64,000 nucleotides of DNA from Schizochytrium sp. TIO01 (taxonomy: Eukaryota > Protista > Bigyra: Labyrinthulomycetes), in contig SMSO01000014.1 of NCBI GenBank assembly GCA_004764695.1, forward strand, positions 4,536,845 to 4,600,844, read 5' to 3'. Numbering within the stretch: the stretch's first letter is position 1; each line of letters begins with the position of its first letter. A program made the translations under genes and the position numbers. The notes beneath the pieces are model-generated. The model searched no databases, was not told the DNA's origin, and saw only the letters and a list, made by a program, of their open reading frames with translations. Below, piece after piece: positions 47,661 through 60,125 of the stretch.

Positions 47661-50600
47661 TTAAAAATTGAGGTGGTGGTCAATCATAGTACGAGCACCA
47701 CCGCACTTGAGAACGCTGGAAAGAACTTCCTTTTCCTTGTCCGTGAGAGCCTTGCCAGCATCAATCTTTCCAGCAAGTGCGATCACGTTCAACTGGCGGT
47801 CAGCATAGTCCAAGACCATGTTAGCCAGGGCCTCGTCACTAATGGATTCCACGTAAGGAAGACCCTCCTTGTACACCAGCTCGCTTGCCAAGATGCAGGC
47901 AAGCTGGAAACGAATGTAAGCCTCCGGGACGCGCTCTTCAAAACGATCCCAGGCAAGATCCATAAGAGAAGGGGGGAGAGATGAACGGATAATCTCCATA
48001 AGCTCACGCATTTTGTCACGCGGGACCTCCTGCAAGGAAGCTGCAATAGCATCAGTAGACCGATTGATCGCACGACTGATTCGCTCACTCACGGGAGGCA
48101 AGGGGAGGGTAGGGTTGGACTTGTACTCGCGGAACATGAGCTCAGCCTCGCTCTTGGCGCGCTTACGCAAAAGTTCAAGGACGTCCGCTACAACCTCATC
48201 TTTATGTTCAAGGAATTCCTCCTTTTGCAAGAGCATTGATGCAATAATCTCCATAGAGGAGCAAATCACACCACACTTGTTGGCAGAACTGTCCTTCACA
48301 ATTACACAGCCCTTGCCACTAAGCTTCTGACGGGCCACAGGGGTCAAGAATAGGTTCGCACCTTCAACAATAAGAGGGCTAGAAGGGGTACCATCTGGAA
48401 GAAGGTACTTGTCCCAATTGCTATCATTGATTGTAGCTGGGCGACCACCAGCAGGAACAAATGCGTCTGCCTTGACACGGTTGTGCATAGTGTTACGCTT
48501 GTTGATACCAGCCGGAGTGTCAGCAAGGTAGAAATCCGAGTTAGGTCCAAGCTTGTCACGAGAAAAGGCTTCCAGTGGGAGAGCTTCGTGGAACATGCGC
48601 AAAAGCTCATCCCAGTTGATACCATCAGGGTCCTCCAGACCAGCGGTGCCGTCAGCAAGACCCACAATGCGAGCGTTACCCTTGTACTCGCGGTGGAGAA
48701 TCTTCAAAAGATTGCCCGCTACATCACCATCAGGACCTCCAGTGATCTTAACACTAAAAGGTTTGCTCGTGTCAACGCCGGTGGCAGCCAAGGCCTCGTC
48801 CAAAAAGACGCTAACACCCTCACTAGTGACACCGTAAACCTTATGGTTGATACCAGCATCCGGCTTAGAGGACATGAAAGCGTTTGGCATGGCGTAGCCG
48901 CGTTGCTCCGCGCGAGAAACAATCCAGTTGATGTGCTCCGGGGTAACCTGCTCATCAGGTCCAAAGTAAATGAACTCCTCAACACCGTTCATATGGTCCA
49001 CAACACGATCGCGAACCTTCTCATCTGGGGTGATCAAATCGAGAACCGAATTTACCATGGCCTTGAGACTCTTGCGCATGACGTGATCCTTGCCGGTCTT
49101 GTCAATTCCGTGAAGGTCAACGAGGCATACTGCCTTGGAGCCACCTTCAGCAATATCCTTGTTCTTCAACTGCTGGGCAAACGCCAAATCGTAGCATTCG
49201 GTGAGCTGGCGGGCACTCTCAACACCGTGCATTTCGCTGTTACGAGGTGTCACCACACGAAGACCACCACGAGAGATATCACGGAAGCGCACGTGGAATC
49301 CAGAGAAGCGACGACCGTGAACAAAGAAGATACCATGGGGTACCTCAGGACGAGAAGATTCGTTCAAGAGATGCTCCACGCAAATCTTGGGGTCAAGGCG
49401 TAGAGCTAGGCCAAAGCGTCCCGGCACAAAGGCATTAGTGCGGTAAGTGCCCTGAACAATGTCAAGCAGGGTGCTGAAGGTCTGTTGGGCCATCTGGAGC
49501 TCACCTGACTGCTTGATCTTATCCCGAATCTGGCCAATACGAGCCTCGAACTCTGCCTGCTGCTTCTCAGGATAGGCGGCAGCTTCTGGCGACGGGTCAA
49601 ATCGGCGAATGAAAAGATCAAGGATCTCACGGGTGTAATCAATGCGAGACTCCTCCATGACCACGTTCTCAATGTTAGAGCGAGCGAATTCGTAAGCATC
49701 CTTCGGTGCGAGGATAGCATGAGCGAGATCGCAAAGGGTCAAGACAATGTCTGCCTCACGAGCAGACATATTGTAGCGCACAAGCAAGTTAAGAGCGCGA
49801 TCGTCAATCCATTTGCTGACAATGGGAAGATCCTCCACGAGGCGAGCATTCATGGCATCCATGTCCATACTGTCCTTGCCGTCATGAGGCTCGACGAGAA
49901 TACGAATCATAGAGACGGTGTTAGAGCGGAGCAAGTCCTGGGTATCTCCATGAGCAATGTCGATAGGAGTACCAGGATTTAATTTCCTCCTCGGTCAGTG
50001 GGCCTCGGACCAAGTCCAAGTGCGTGCGAACGTTATTGAGGTTCTTGCTTGCAAAGTACTTGCTGATGCGTTTTAATGCAGCCATTGTGAGCACGTTCGT
50101 AATTGCTAGAGTGATCATGGTGCGCTCCGGGGAGCCATTCCAGCACGGCTCGATGTCGATGCCGACCTGGTCCTCTCCGTCCTTCATAATCTCATTGTAG
50201 AGAGCGATTTGCTTACAAAAGCGACGCGGGCTGCTGCGCATGACATAGTCAGGCTTGCAGCGTTCACGCACAAAAGCTTCGAGAGCAGCTTCATCTGGGA
50301 AACTTTCTGCATTTGCATGCAAAGGGTCGTCCTTAAACTTGCCGCTGTGCAGATCTTTCAGATAAGCACGAAGTTCTGCAGACAGACTCGCAGGCATATT
50401 GAGGTCTTCTTCATCAGAGTCAAAGAAGCGAAACACGTTCAAGCTAATTTCACCGTCCTTGGAGTTAAAAATGTTCATGCCAGAGAGCGGGGTATTCGTT
50501 GGCATGCGCTGAATTTGGTTCACGAGCTTGTCGGGAGAGTTGCTGCCACCGCTTAGAAGGGTCATGATGCGGTGGTTATCGCTGTAGAGTGTAAGATCAG

Positions 50601-51051
50601 GCACAGCTCCAAAGTCGTAGAGAGCAACGAGAGCTGCAAGGTGCTGGTGGCGGAGATCGGGCTTGACCTGCTTGAAGTAAGCGTCAGGCATGTTCTGCAG
50701 AAACCAGGGTACCTTGACGTTGGCCGCCTCGCGTTGCTCGCGCTGGAGCATGTCTACAAGCTCGTCGAAACGCTCCTTGCTTTGACCAATGGCATCGTCC
50801 ATTTCCATTACAATCATTTCACTATCGGCACGGCGGATCGGGCGTGGCGCCCGCTCTTCCTCCTCTTCGATGGTGTTGTCATTTCTGCCACGGCCATTGC
50901 CGATTGCAGCGGACAAACTCCGTGCAAAGTCGTTGTAGACCTTCTGTTGGTCATGGAACCTGGTTTTCTGGGCAATTGCAATACGAGAACGAGTTGTAGA
51001 TCGCTGCAAAGCACGAATTTGAGCGCCGGAGCGCGCCACGGTCATCATCAT
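47661..51051 (-). CDS. GDH2: Large NAD-specific glutamate dehydrogenase (GDH2/Bac_GDH type), probably mitochondrial; one gene split over two ORFs by a +1 frame break near 49924-50010
   Basis: Upstream ORF 51051-49921 has an Arg/Ser/Ala-rich presequence-like N-terminus plus VPWFLQNMPDAYF and RTHLDLV. Downstream ORF has GFHVRFRDISRGGLR, AQQLKNKDIAEGGSK, YFGPDE, GINHKVYGVTSEGV, TGGPDGDVAGN, PAGGRP, IVEGANLF, KDSSANKCGVICSS. Confidence 0.92.
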
Positions 51052-54000
51052 CTTTCCCTGCGTTGTGCAGGCGAGTCGAGTGACCCAGAACTACGCTGGA
51101 GACTCCAAAAGAGCCCACTAATAAATACTGATCGGATGGGACTTTGCAGTCCTGTTTTGAGCAAACGCCGCTAAGGACGCCAAGCTTTTTGAGTTGCGGG
51201 TTTGCTGATGTCTCTATCTCTGTTGCTGCAATTCTGCCAGGCTTGAAAGATAACTTTATCTATTCCTTGTCCTACGCAGCAGCATTTCTTTTCAACTCTA
51301 AACTAAAAAGTTTTCAACAGGTCGGGAATTGAAGAAAGATTACCTCCTACGAGATGGATACGCCTTTCCCTAGGGCGGCAAGAAAAGATATTAGTTGTCC
51401 CAAACGGCAAGTCCGCACTAAGTAGAACAACTCTTTCATTATAGTAGTGAGGATTTCTCTTCCAAAGGAAGTGGCGGCGTACGTACTTTTATCACTTCTT
51501 TCTTGCCATTATTAATATTATTCTTGCTATATTAAACTTTATAAATTATACACATTATAATTTATATATAGAGAGAGGGACATATAGACAGGAGGACCTT
51601 TTTCTCATTGCGCTTGGCGAAGAAGATGCCTTTTTGACGTTGCGCGTGTTCTTCGTTGCGGATGAGTGGGCGATGATAACGTGAGGAACTCGCAGCGGAA
51701 GTCGGTTATTCGCCCTAATTTTGTAGCGGAGGGTTCTGGCTCCGCCGAGGTCTGTTTTGCAGTTCTTTTACAGGTAGACAGAAAGAAAGGCGATCGATGA
51801 TTGATTTATTTGTGCGCAACAGTCAAAAGAAATAGCAATCCGCCGAAGCAATTTCTGCGTGCTCCCAACCAGTGCCGGCAGGGTCTTGAATTAAGTGCGG
51901 CTGCTATGGGATGTGCAGGCAGTTGTCAAGGTCAACAAGAAGCTTTGCATCTGAAGGATAAAGGGCAACTCAACTGAAGAATCGATCGATCGAAGCAAAA
52001 CGCAAAGCGAGAAGGTTTCTGCTTTTAATTAAACTTTTATCAACAGTTTTATTTATTTGCAATAATTATTGACTGAAAACAAAAATAAAAACAAAGTTGG
52101 TAGTATCAACTTTTGGAAAAACACTCATTCTCGTTTCGGACTCGTGCAGTGCCCCCCATAAATTGAAGCGGCGACTGTTGAAGTTCCCTCGCTCATCACA
52201 TGCATTCGCGTCTAGCCAGGCTCTCCAGCGCTCCTTTATCTACGCTACGCTTTGGCAAACGCTCGAGTTTGCACTGGAGGGTCTCATTCGCACAGCTTGA
52301 CGCTGTTTTAAATGCTCGTCTTCAATAATGAATGCATCGTCCTGGCGAAGGAATCTCTTCCTCCTTCATCTTGCTTTCTCTGTTACATTTTGCATTGTTG
52401 TTGATGAGACACAATAAATCATAGCACACTATGATTTTAACTTTTCAAGCGTAATTACTCTAAACCGTGTTTTCGCAATGTCCGATCAGAGATAGGAAAA
52501 CACAACGGGCGACCTTTCTGGCAATCTATTCATTGCAATGCCCAAGATTGATCAGGGTTCACGCCGCGGATTCTTCAAGGTCTCCTCGGTCCTTGCCGCG
52601 CAGACTTGTGCAAGGCCCGGAGCAGGTCTTGGCGGCCACGGGTAGAAATGTAGGCAGACATTCAAGAAGGAAGCCTCGGTGGCGAACCCGCGCAACGCAG
52701 CAGATTGCTCAGAAGTCTCTGTTGCTTTAGGTGCCTAACTAGCTAGTTGTTTCTTTTCCTGCTTTTGAGAGCACCATTAAGAACGACCTGAAGGCTTTGA
52801 GAAGATCGTGAAGCTTGGCCGAGAGTTGAGTGGCAATGCGAGCAAATGAATAACTCGCAAATAAACTCCTCAGGGTACCTGCGTTTATTTGTTTGACAAC
52901 TTCTCTGGAATACATGCGTTGTCGAAACTTAGGCGCAACTCATGCAATAGATCGATGGATCGATTACGAATGACCCATCCAAATTTGGTCATTTTTCCAG
53001 CGGTGATAGAGATTGGCTTTTCAGGTGCTGGTTTCTTGAACCGCGACTGGCGCTGAGACGTTCTCACTCGAGGCAGAGGCGGAGGCGTATCCTGGACCGA
53101 CACTGACTCGCTTCCTGTTCATGGGTTGGCTGTCGGCTAGCGAGGTGCAGTAGACAGTACATGAGCGAGCTACGCAGGTTTGGTTATTCGGTTTGTTGTT
53201 TGTGACCGCAACGCACTTTCATGAAGCCAATTGTTTATTATATCAATTCATTTGCTTAGTTACATAGTTATAGATATTTATTGAACCTACCAGGCCTACT
53301 TGAGGAATGAGAAATCCAAAAGCAAAAGACAGCTTTCTCCATAACTTTTAGAAGGATACGCGCCAGCTCACTAAGATATTGCTGGAAACTGCAGTGTGAC
53401 CATCGTTAGGCGAAAGCTGGTTTTCATTTTCATGTTCAATCTGCAAAAATTGAGAATGCGCATTCCTACTGCGCAGATTTTTGTTATTTGTTGAATGCTT
53501 ACCAACTGCGTTAGCTCCTGGACCATTGTAGAGAATCTTATGCTTGGCAGATACCTTAGCTTGAAGAAGGACTGGAAAATAGGATGCGGTCATTTATCCC
53601 TTCTCAGTACTTTTCCACTGGAAACCTTGGTCACGCGTAGATATTTTACGATCTGCCCTTAAGCTAAAGTTGGTGCCAATCAAACATCCATGGCACAGGT
53701 GATGCAGGCCATTCGCAAGAGTTGATGTGCCGTCATTTGGCCAACCAGGATCGTCTTGGGTCTGATGAGAAAAAGGCCCATAATCATCAGGTGACGTCGC
53801 TCGACTGCAATGTCTTATAACTTGAAGACGAAGAGAACACCGATATTCTGTGTGCGGGATAATCGTCGTCATTGCTGTCGTCATCATTCCCTTGATATCC
53901 AAGTCGAACTAACTTGCGTTAGACTCTAAAGTAGAGATAGGACTAGCCAGAGTTCAATGAAAGTCCCTATTTGAGTTGCAGTGAATATGAGCGCGCTTGA

Positions 54001-54554
54001 AATGATTGCGGACTCAAATCTCGCACTAGAAGATCTTTGCGAAAACCTTCTTCAGAATTGTGCGCCAGATGCCAGGCTGTACATCTCCTATAATCATTTG
54101 CAACATTTATCATAGCAATGCACAGAAAGAAAGGAAACCGCACCCTATGACAAAAGAGATCAAAGAGCCTCATACTGAAGGCAGTGGGAGCGGTACCAGT
54201 TGCCCTCATTTTCACTGGCACGCTGTTTCCACGGCTAAATGACAGTCTGAAAATGGCTCCGTTTCGTTGTTGTTGCGCGCCGCCATTTGGGGTTGCGCAG
54301 CAGCATCTCTCTAATGACCCCCTTTTCTAATGTTCCTCTCCTCCTCAGACCTCTTCGAATGACCATCGCCATGCGTTCTCTCAAAGGGCCTTCATAATTC
54401 CCCAACAATTCATGCCCTCGCTGTGATTTTATAGATTTTAAAGGCATCTCAAAGCCTCGCGATGACTCCATCTGTAATCCTAGTAAGCAGAAGAAGCAAA
54501 AGACGTTCAACAGCACAACTCGAGATCGCCAAGCGAACTCAGACGTGCCTGAGC

Positions 54555-54606
54555 CTGAATGAATGAATGAAGGAGTGAGTGAATGAATGAATGAATGAAT
54601 GAATGA
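54555..54606. repeat. Imperfect (TGAA)n microsatellite
   Basis: Directly visible. Confidence 0.85.
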
Positions 54607-55669
54607 AAAAATGAACGAATAAGAATCCAACCTGTAACTTTTGATTTGTGCCTCGGCTGTGTTTTCCTCTCGATGTAAAAGTGGGCTCTCTGCCCCCCTC
54701 TTCTCTTCCTGAAAGAGAGAGAGAGAGAGAGATTAAAATAAACAATAATAAGAAAGTGGGAAAGGAAAAGATGCGAAGAATACTTCTTGAACAAGCAAAT
54801 GCCAACTCATTCCTCGCAATCCCTGAGATGGAGAAACGTGATGAGCGAAAGCGATTGCGGAATCTTCAGATTTCTTGGCATCTTGCGCATAAGGCGAGCT
54901 CCAAGAAAGGTTTCAGGATTGGTTCCCGGCGCGAGTTTGATCTCCGGTTGGGCTTTCTTTGTGAGTCTTCAATCCCGTTTTCTCTAAAGATATATATATA
55001 TATATTATTTTATTTTATTTTATTTTTTCCCAAAATCAAACAAATTCGTTTACAATTCTGCGAGTTCTTCGTGGAGCACAGACAACCCGCGTCCGCTCCA
55101 CAGACCCACGCGAGGATGCATGCTGGCGGGCGTCGCGGATGCTCAGACGTTACCTTCCCCAGCTTTGCTCTGCCAGCAAAGGCTCCAGTCATCGACTTCG
55201 AATAAACATCTTGCGAGGGAGGGACCGTTCTACGAAATAGTTGCGAATCAATGTAGCACAAAAAATAGCACAAGTCTTCAGGCTGTCGGCCCAGAAGCAG
55301 AACTCCCAAAGGCACCCGTGGCCCACGAAAAACGCCATACTAAGTAGAGCAAGCTAGGCGAAATAGGGGTTAGGGAATGAGTCTTGCTGGGGACAGAGCA
55401 TTATAGCACTCTCCCGGCACCATCGTGGTGAGAAATTACCGCGACCTGGAATGAATGTAATGCAATGTAAAATGTCAAAGAATCAATCTATGCAAAACAA
55501 TCTGGCAGAGCAGACTTAATCGTGAAGGTCTATAGGGCGAGTAAGCTTGGTCCTGTATTTTGAAGTTAAATACGACGCAATCAGGGAGGTCGATTAAACA
55601 CTTGAGATTGTAGAATGAATTAATATACATGGATATCTATCTGCTAATCTGTTTTGATTTCGTTTGACT

Positions 55670-57763
55670 TTATGATTCCTGCGCAGCAAAGGCGGTGAGG
55701 GCCGCTACCATGACAGTCTTGATCGGGACGCCATGGAGGTCAGCGAGCCTCTTACAATCGTCGAACTCTGGTTTCGCCGAGAGCCTCCTGCTTGCGGTCT
55801 GGGAATTGGCCTTGAGCGTCCCAGATCCTGCGAAAGTGGTACGAGAGCTGCCGTGAATGCCAGGTTCGGAATCAGGAACTTCGGTCTGTACAACGATTGT
55901 GTCCTTATTACAGGCTTCTTCATGTGGCTGACCGAGGGATTGATCTTCTATGGTTGTGCCACTATGGAGCACGCCGCCTGCAGGATGGATAGAGTCGTGG
56001 GGACTAGAGGTATTAATAATCTCAGCTCCCTCGCGCGACTCTGGTTTGGAATCCCACGCCTGTTTAATACGGACTGGCCCAAAGCGGGTCTCCACTGTGT
56101 CAAAGGTGCGCGCGCAGGCTGTACGCTGCACTTGGTGGCGTCGCACACCAAAGGTTGTAGTTTCGCGAAAGACTACGGCAAGGATAGCGCCCTCGAGCTC
56201 AGGCGTGCAGAGCACACTGAGCTGCAACGCCGGGCGGTTCTTTTTCATGATAATGTTTGTGTACCAAGCATCTAAAGCACCAGCTTGAATGAGAACCGGG
56301 ATCATGTAGCCGGCAAGTTCTCCAGTCATGTCGTCTACATTACATTCAAGTACGCACAAGATATCGTCAGAATCTTGGCCGACAGTAGCGGCATGCGTAG
56401 CCAGCGGCAAGGGTTTCTGCGTTGGAATATCAGTAGCTCCATCAATTGATTGTGATGGATTGACTGGAATTGAAGAAAGAGGCGAAGAAGAACAGAGTAA
56501 AGATTGTGATTTGTCCTTTTCAAGCCCAAAGGCAAACTTTGCAGCAGAGGCTGCCAAAGATTTCTGGAGGCTCTCGACACGATTCTTTTGAAACATTTCA
56601 GATATGGTCTGCAGATTGGGAAAGGTTTGCGAATAATCGACTTCGGAAAGGCGTGTCTCTAAGGGGGCACCGTGCACTCCAACATCGGAACCCGTAAGTT
56701 GCGGTGTAAAGTGTTTAGCGAGATATTTTTCTATCTTTTTATTATGGAGGTCGTTCTGTTCAATTGGAATAGAGGAGTCATGGCTGTGCTGGTGTTCCCC
56801 ATGGCTATGTCCATGACCACCATGGCTATGACCGTGACCTCCGTGGCTATGAGCATGACCTCCGTGGCTATGAGCATGACCTCCATGACTATGACCATGG
56901 CCATGTGCCTGATCATGGCTTGAAGGAGCATTGTTATTGTTGCTATGCGAGCTATTTGTATGAATTTCGTGACCCGCATGGTTATGTTTGCTTGTCCCAG
57001 CTTGCTTAGGTTCTCCAATCATGATGCGGCAGATGTTGGGATACTCAGCGGGCTCACGTGTTCCCGCGCCGGACCCAGTGCGCTCCATTTTCCATTGGAG
57101 AGGCGGAAATGCGCCAAATCCATCAGGTTCTACAATGGCCCGCAATAAGCTTGCGGCTGTGGGCGTAACAAGCTCTCCCCGCATGATATCTGGAGCTCTG
57201 TGCACCACAAACTTGTCTTGGAGCAAGTTCAAAGTTGCTGGCGCAGGAACGGGCATTAGGCCGTGTTGCGCCATGACATATCCTTGAGCCATTGGTATGC
57301 TGCTGCAGTATACACGCGACACACCCATCATGTGAAGGCCCATGACGACACCAACGGTATCTACTATACTATCGATTGCTCCGACTTCATGAAAATGTAC
57401 ATTCTCCACTGTGGTTCCATGAACATGGGCCTCCGCATATGCAAGCTCCTTGAAAGCAGCAATAGCAGCGTTTTTGACTTCGCGTGGAAGAAGTGTACCC
57501 GATTCAATCAGTTCGCGAACACAATCAAAGTTACGCTCTACGTATTGTTCAACAATCACATCAACATGCACTTGAACTGCTGCGATGGCCCCAGCAGACT
57601 TGTGGACCCGCTCTGATCGAAGTTTCCACTGATCGGCAACACCACTCATGGACTTGAGCTTTATCTCTAGTTCGTTCAAGTCCAAGCCAGCGTCCACTAG
57701 TGCACCGAGAATCATGTCTCCAGCCGCACCGGCGAAGCAATCTATATAAGCAATTTTACCCAT
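55670..57763 (-). CDS. larC: LarC-family nickel insertase (nickel-pincer cofactor biosynthesis), 697 aa
   Basis: Start MGKIAYIDCFAGAAGDMILGALVDAG at 57763; AEAHVHG..VHFHEVGAIDSIVD, HGLMPVPAPAT, GELVTPT, His-rich linker, LECNVDDMTGE, MKKNRP, FRETTTFGVR, KPEFDDC. Confidence 0.95.
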   Translation of the reverse strand: MGKIAYIDCFAGAAGDMILGALVDAGLDLNELEIKLKSMSGVADQWKLRSERVHKSAGAIAAVQVHVDVIVEQYVERNFDCVRELIESGTLLPREVKNAAIAAFKELAYAEAHVHGTTVENVHFHEVGAIDSIVDTVGVVMGLHMMGVSRVYCSSIPMAQGYVMAQHGLMPVPAPATLNLLQDKFVVHRAPDIMRGELVTPTAASLLRAIVEPDGFGAFPPLQWKMERTGSGAGTREPAEYPNICRIMIGEPKQAGTSKHNHAGHEIHTNSSHSNNNNAPSSHDQAHGHGHSHGGHAHSHGGHAHSHGGHGHSHGGHGHSHGEHQHSHDSSIPIEQNDLHNKKIEKYLAKHFTPQLTGSDVGVHGAPLETRLSEVDYSQTFPNLQTISEMFQKNRVESLQKSLAASAAKFAFGLEKDKSQSLLCSSSPLSSIPVNPSQSIDGATDIPTQKPLPLATHAATVGQDSDDILCVLECNVDDMTGELAGYMIPVLIQAGALDAWYTNIIMKKNRPALQLSVLCTPELEGAILAVVFRETTTFGVRRHQVQRTACARTFDTVETRFGPVRIKQAWDSKPESREGAEIINTSSPHDSIHPAGGVLHSGTTIEDQSLGQPHEEACNKDTIVVQTEVPDSEPGIHGSSRTTFAGSGTLKANSQTASRRLSAKPEFDDCKRLADLHGVPIKTVMVAALTAFAAQES
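56779..56916. repeat. 21-nt tandem repeat encoding HSHGGH(A/G) poly-His linker of LarC
   Basis: Unit CATGACCTCCGTGGCTATGAG and variants visible; translation HGHGHSHGGHAHSHGGHAHSHGGHGHSHGGHGHSHGEHQHSH. Confidence 0.9.
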
Positions 57764-59066
57764 ACTAAATGAGCTGTTTGCTGATTTCTCGAAACGGGGT
57801 TCAGTTTGCAGGGATATTTTTTGACAATTTCTACACGCAGGTACAAGCAATTTATTCTTTTTCTGGCTAGCTGCGGACGAACCTCTAGTGTTCTCCACAC
57901 CACAGAAACCAGCCACGAGACTATAGTCTCACCTTGTACGTACTAATGCTCAACTTGGGTGCTCGCCCTCGAGTTGGGGAACTGCTCGACCTTCAACTTC
58001 GAGCTTTTGCAGGAGACTTCAGAAAGTGTTTTCGTTCAGTGCCGGCGTCGCAAAGAACATTGCCTATGTTCGAGGGAGATTCCCTCAGTCAAACCTTAGT
58101 CTTAGCCCTCTCTGCGTTGCAGAGGAAAGGGTGCAGCAAGGAAAGCACAAACCTCGAACTGCCTTTTTTACTTCCGTTCAATTGCCTAAGTTGGTTATCT
58201 TTTGTCGGGCGCAGGGGGCGGCGTGAGAAGACCTTGGAGGTCCAAAACTCCTTCTTAGCAGCCACAGATACTTCCAGGTTCTGAGAATGGAACCAAAGGC
58301 AGAATCAACGCCTGCGTCGGAATAGCTGCAAGTTGCAGCAGGAGTTCAAGTTCTCATTCCTTTTGCATATCTACGGCAAGAATCCCAGAAATTCAGATCT
58401 TAATGTTCCCCCTTAAATATCAACCTTAAGCTTCTGATTGTTCCTTTCGACTACAGTTAAGGTATTTCAATACCGTGCACGGTAATAAAAAACTCTTTAA
58501 GTATCCGTTGACCGGGCATTGCCAAAGAACTTTTGATGCATAGTAGTAGGTAGGTGAGGAGCTGAAGGAGATAGGGAGAAGTATAATTAAAGGCAGACAT
58601 TCACTAAGATAATTGGGGTAAAAAAGGTTGCAGTGTACAAAGAGATTATTTATATTCATGAGAACGTAGCGTCTAACATTACAAATAGCGTTGACGATTG
58701 AAGAGCTGCTGGCCTGTGAAGTTTGCAGCAGTTGGAGTCAATAATTCTTCTAGTACGAGGTTCTTGTGTTTTTCATTATCAGCGTGTGCGTATGGACAAG
58801 TGAAATTGCTTAACACGTGGACGTCGTGAGTGCTGCCTTGAACAGGGCAATATTTCTTTGAGCTACTTCAGCAAGGTGTTCTGGTAAAAACCACTGAGCT
58901 AATTCGCGCAGGGTCAAGCGGAAGCTGGAGTCCGACGCCAAAGGATGCACAGGGACTGAATAACCTTGTAGCGCAGTAATTCGTGGTTGCTTTATCAAAA
59001 TTGTGGTGGTATTTCCTCTCAACTGTAATCAGAGACGTGGTTTGAAGCACTTTGGCCTGTGGCAAG

Positions 59067-60125
59067 ATGGCATTCCTAACACAGGAAGGTAAGATCCAAT
59101 ATGAAAATGTGGCGCAACCAGAGACGCGCGAGGAGAAAGGCGAGCTCGAAGCTCTGGTTTTCGGCGTGACCCAAACATCCCAATCTACACTTTTACTGAA
59201 GAAACGCAAAGAAATGCGCGAGGTAGACGAAGCGCTAAATTTCATGAAAGACGAGTTCAAGTCACGCATGGAATCATGTGACGAGCGACAGAGAAATTTT
59301 GAACTGAAGCAGCAAGAAATGAAAGAGCAAGTGCTTCGATTTGAAAAGTTTGTTCAAGAAAACGACGCGAAGCGTTCACGCGCAGAACAAAAGGCAAAGG
59401 TTGAAGCAAAAGCTCGTGTACAGCATGAAGAAAGAATCCGTCTTCTTACAGATACGCTTAGTGAAATGCAAATTGAGCGTGAGAAACTTGAAATGGACTT
59501 GGATCATTTGAAGCGGTATCAAATTTACCTTGACGGTGCAGTCGAAGCTTCCGAGGGCGAGTACGATGAGATCCCAGATATACTTAACCGCTTTAAAACG
59601 CTCAGGGGGGCGAACGAGGACCTCACTAAGCTTGTTGAAGAGGGCGAGCGGGAAATGGATGCCATTCGATCTCAGCTGAATCAGCTTCGACGCAATACGC
59701 AAAATCAGCTGCTTGTCAACAATAGTGAAATCCATGCAAACCAAAAGACCCTTGAAAACATGCGCGCGGTTGCAATTAAAGCAGATAATGAGCGTGAGCA
59801 GAGTGAACGTATTACCAAGGATTTGCAGCGCGAGTCGGGCCAGGTGATTATGTCAATAAAGAATCTGTATGCACGCTGCATTGCAACAGCGCGTTCCAAG
59901 GCTCGGCATGTGTCGAATGGTAGACATTCTACACAGCATGAGCAGCTTGCGGAATTCCTCAAAGTTATCCAATACCGTATTTCAGACTTAAATACTATCG
60001 ACAAGAATTTCGAGTCAGGTGGTAATCTCGAACTGCTTGAACAGCAAACGGCGCAACAACTCCAGCAACACCAACAGCAACTCACTCAATATCATGAAGA
60101 GGAGAATGGCCGAGCAAGGCGATAG
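59067..60125 (+). CDS. CFAP73: Flagellar coiled-coil protein, CFAP73/CCDC42 (DUF4200) family
   Basis: STLLLKKRKEMREVDEAL..MKDEFKSRM and FEKFVQENDAKRSRAEQKA, YQIYLD, EIPDILNRFKTL match the family pattern; ATG at 59067. Confidence 0.88.
   Translation: MAFLTQEGKIQYENVAQPETREEKGELEALVFGVTQTSQSTLLLKKRKEMREVDEALNFMKDEFKSRMESCDERQRNFELKQQEMKEQVLRFEKFVQENDAKRSRAEQKAKVEAKARVQHEERIRLLTDTLSEMQIEREKLEMDLDHLKRYQIYLDGAVEASEGEYDEIPDILNRFKTLRGANEDLTKLVEEGEREMDAIRSQLNQLRRNTQNQLLVNNSEIHANQKTLENMRAVAIKADNEREQSERITKDLQRESGQVIMSIKNLYARCIATARSKARHVSNGRHSTQHEQLAEFLKVIQYRISDLNTIDKNFESGGNLELLEQQTAQQLQQHQQQLTQYHEEENGRARR

Noticed and set aside
48483-49403. 306-aa plus-strand ORF (and 50572-51174) opposite GDH
   Set aside because: Antisense open frames are a well-known by-product of codon bias in NAD-GDH genes.
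52300-54250. Fragmentary ORFs between GDH and LarC
   Set aside because: No identifiable domain; cannot distinguish from non-coding sequence without a search.
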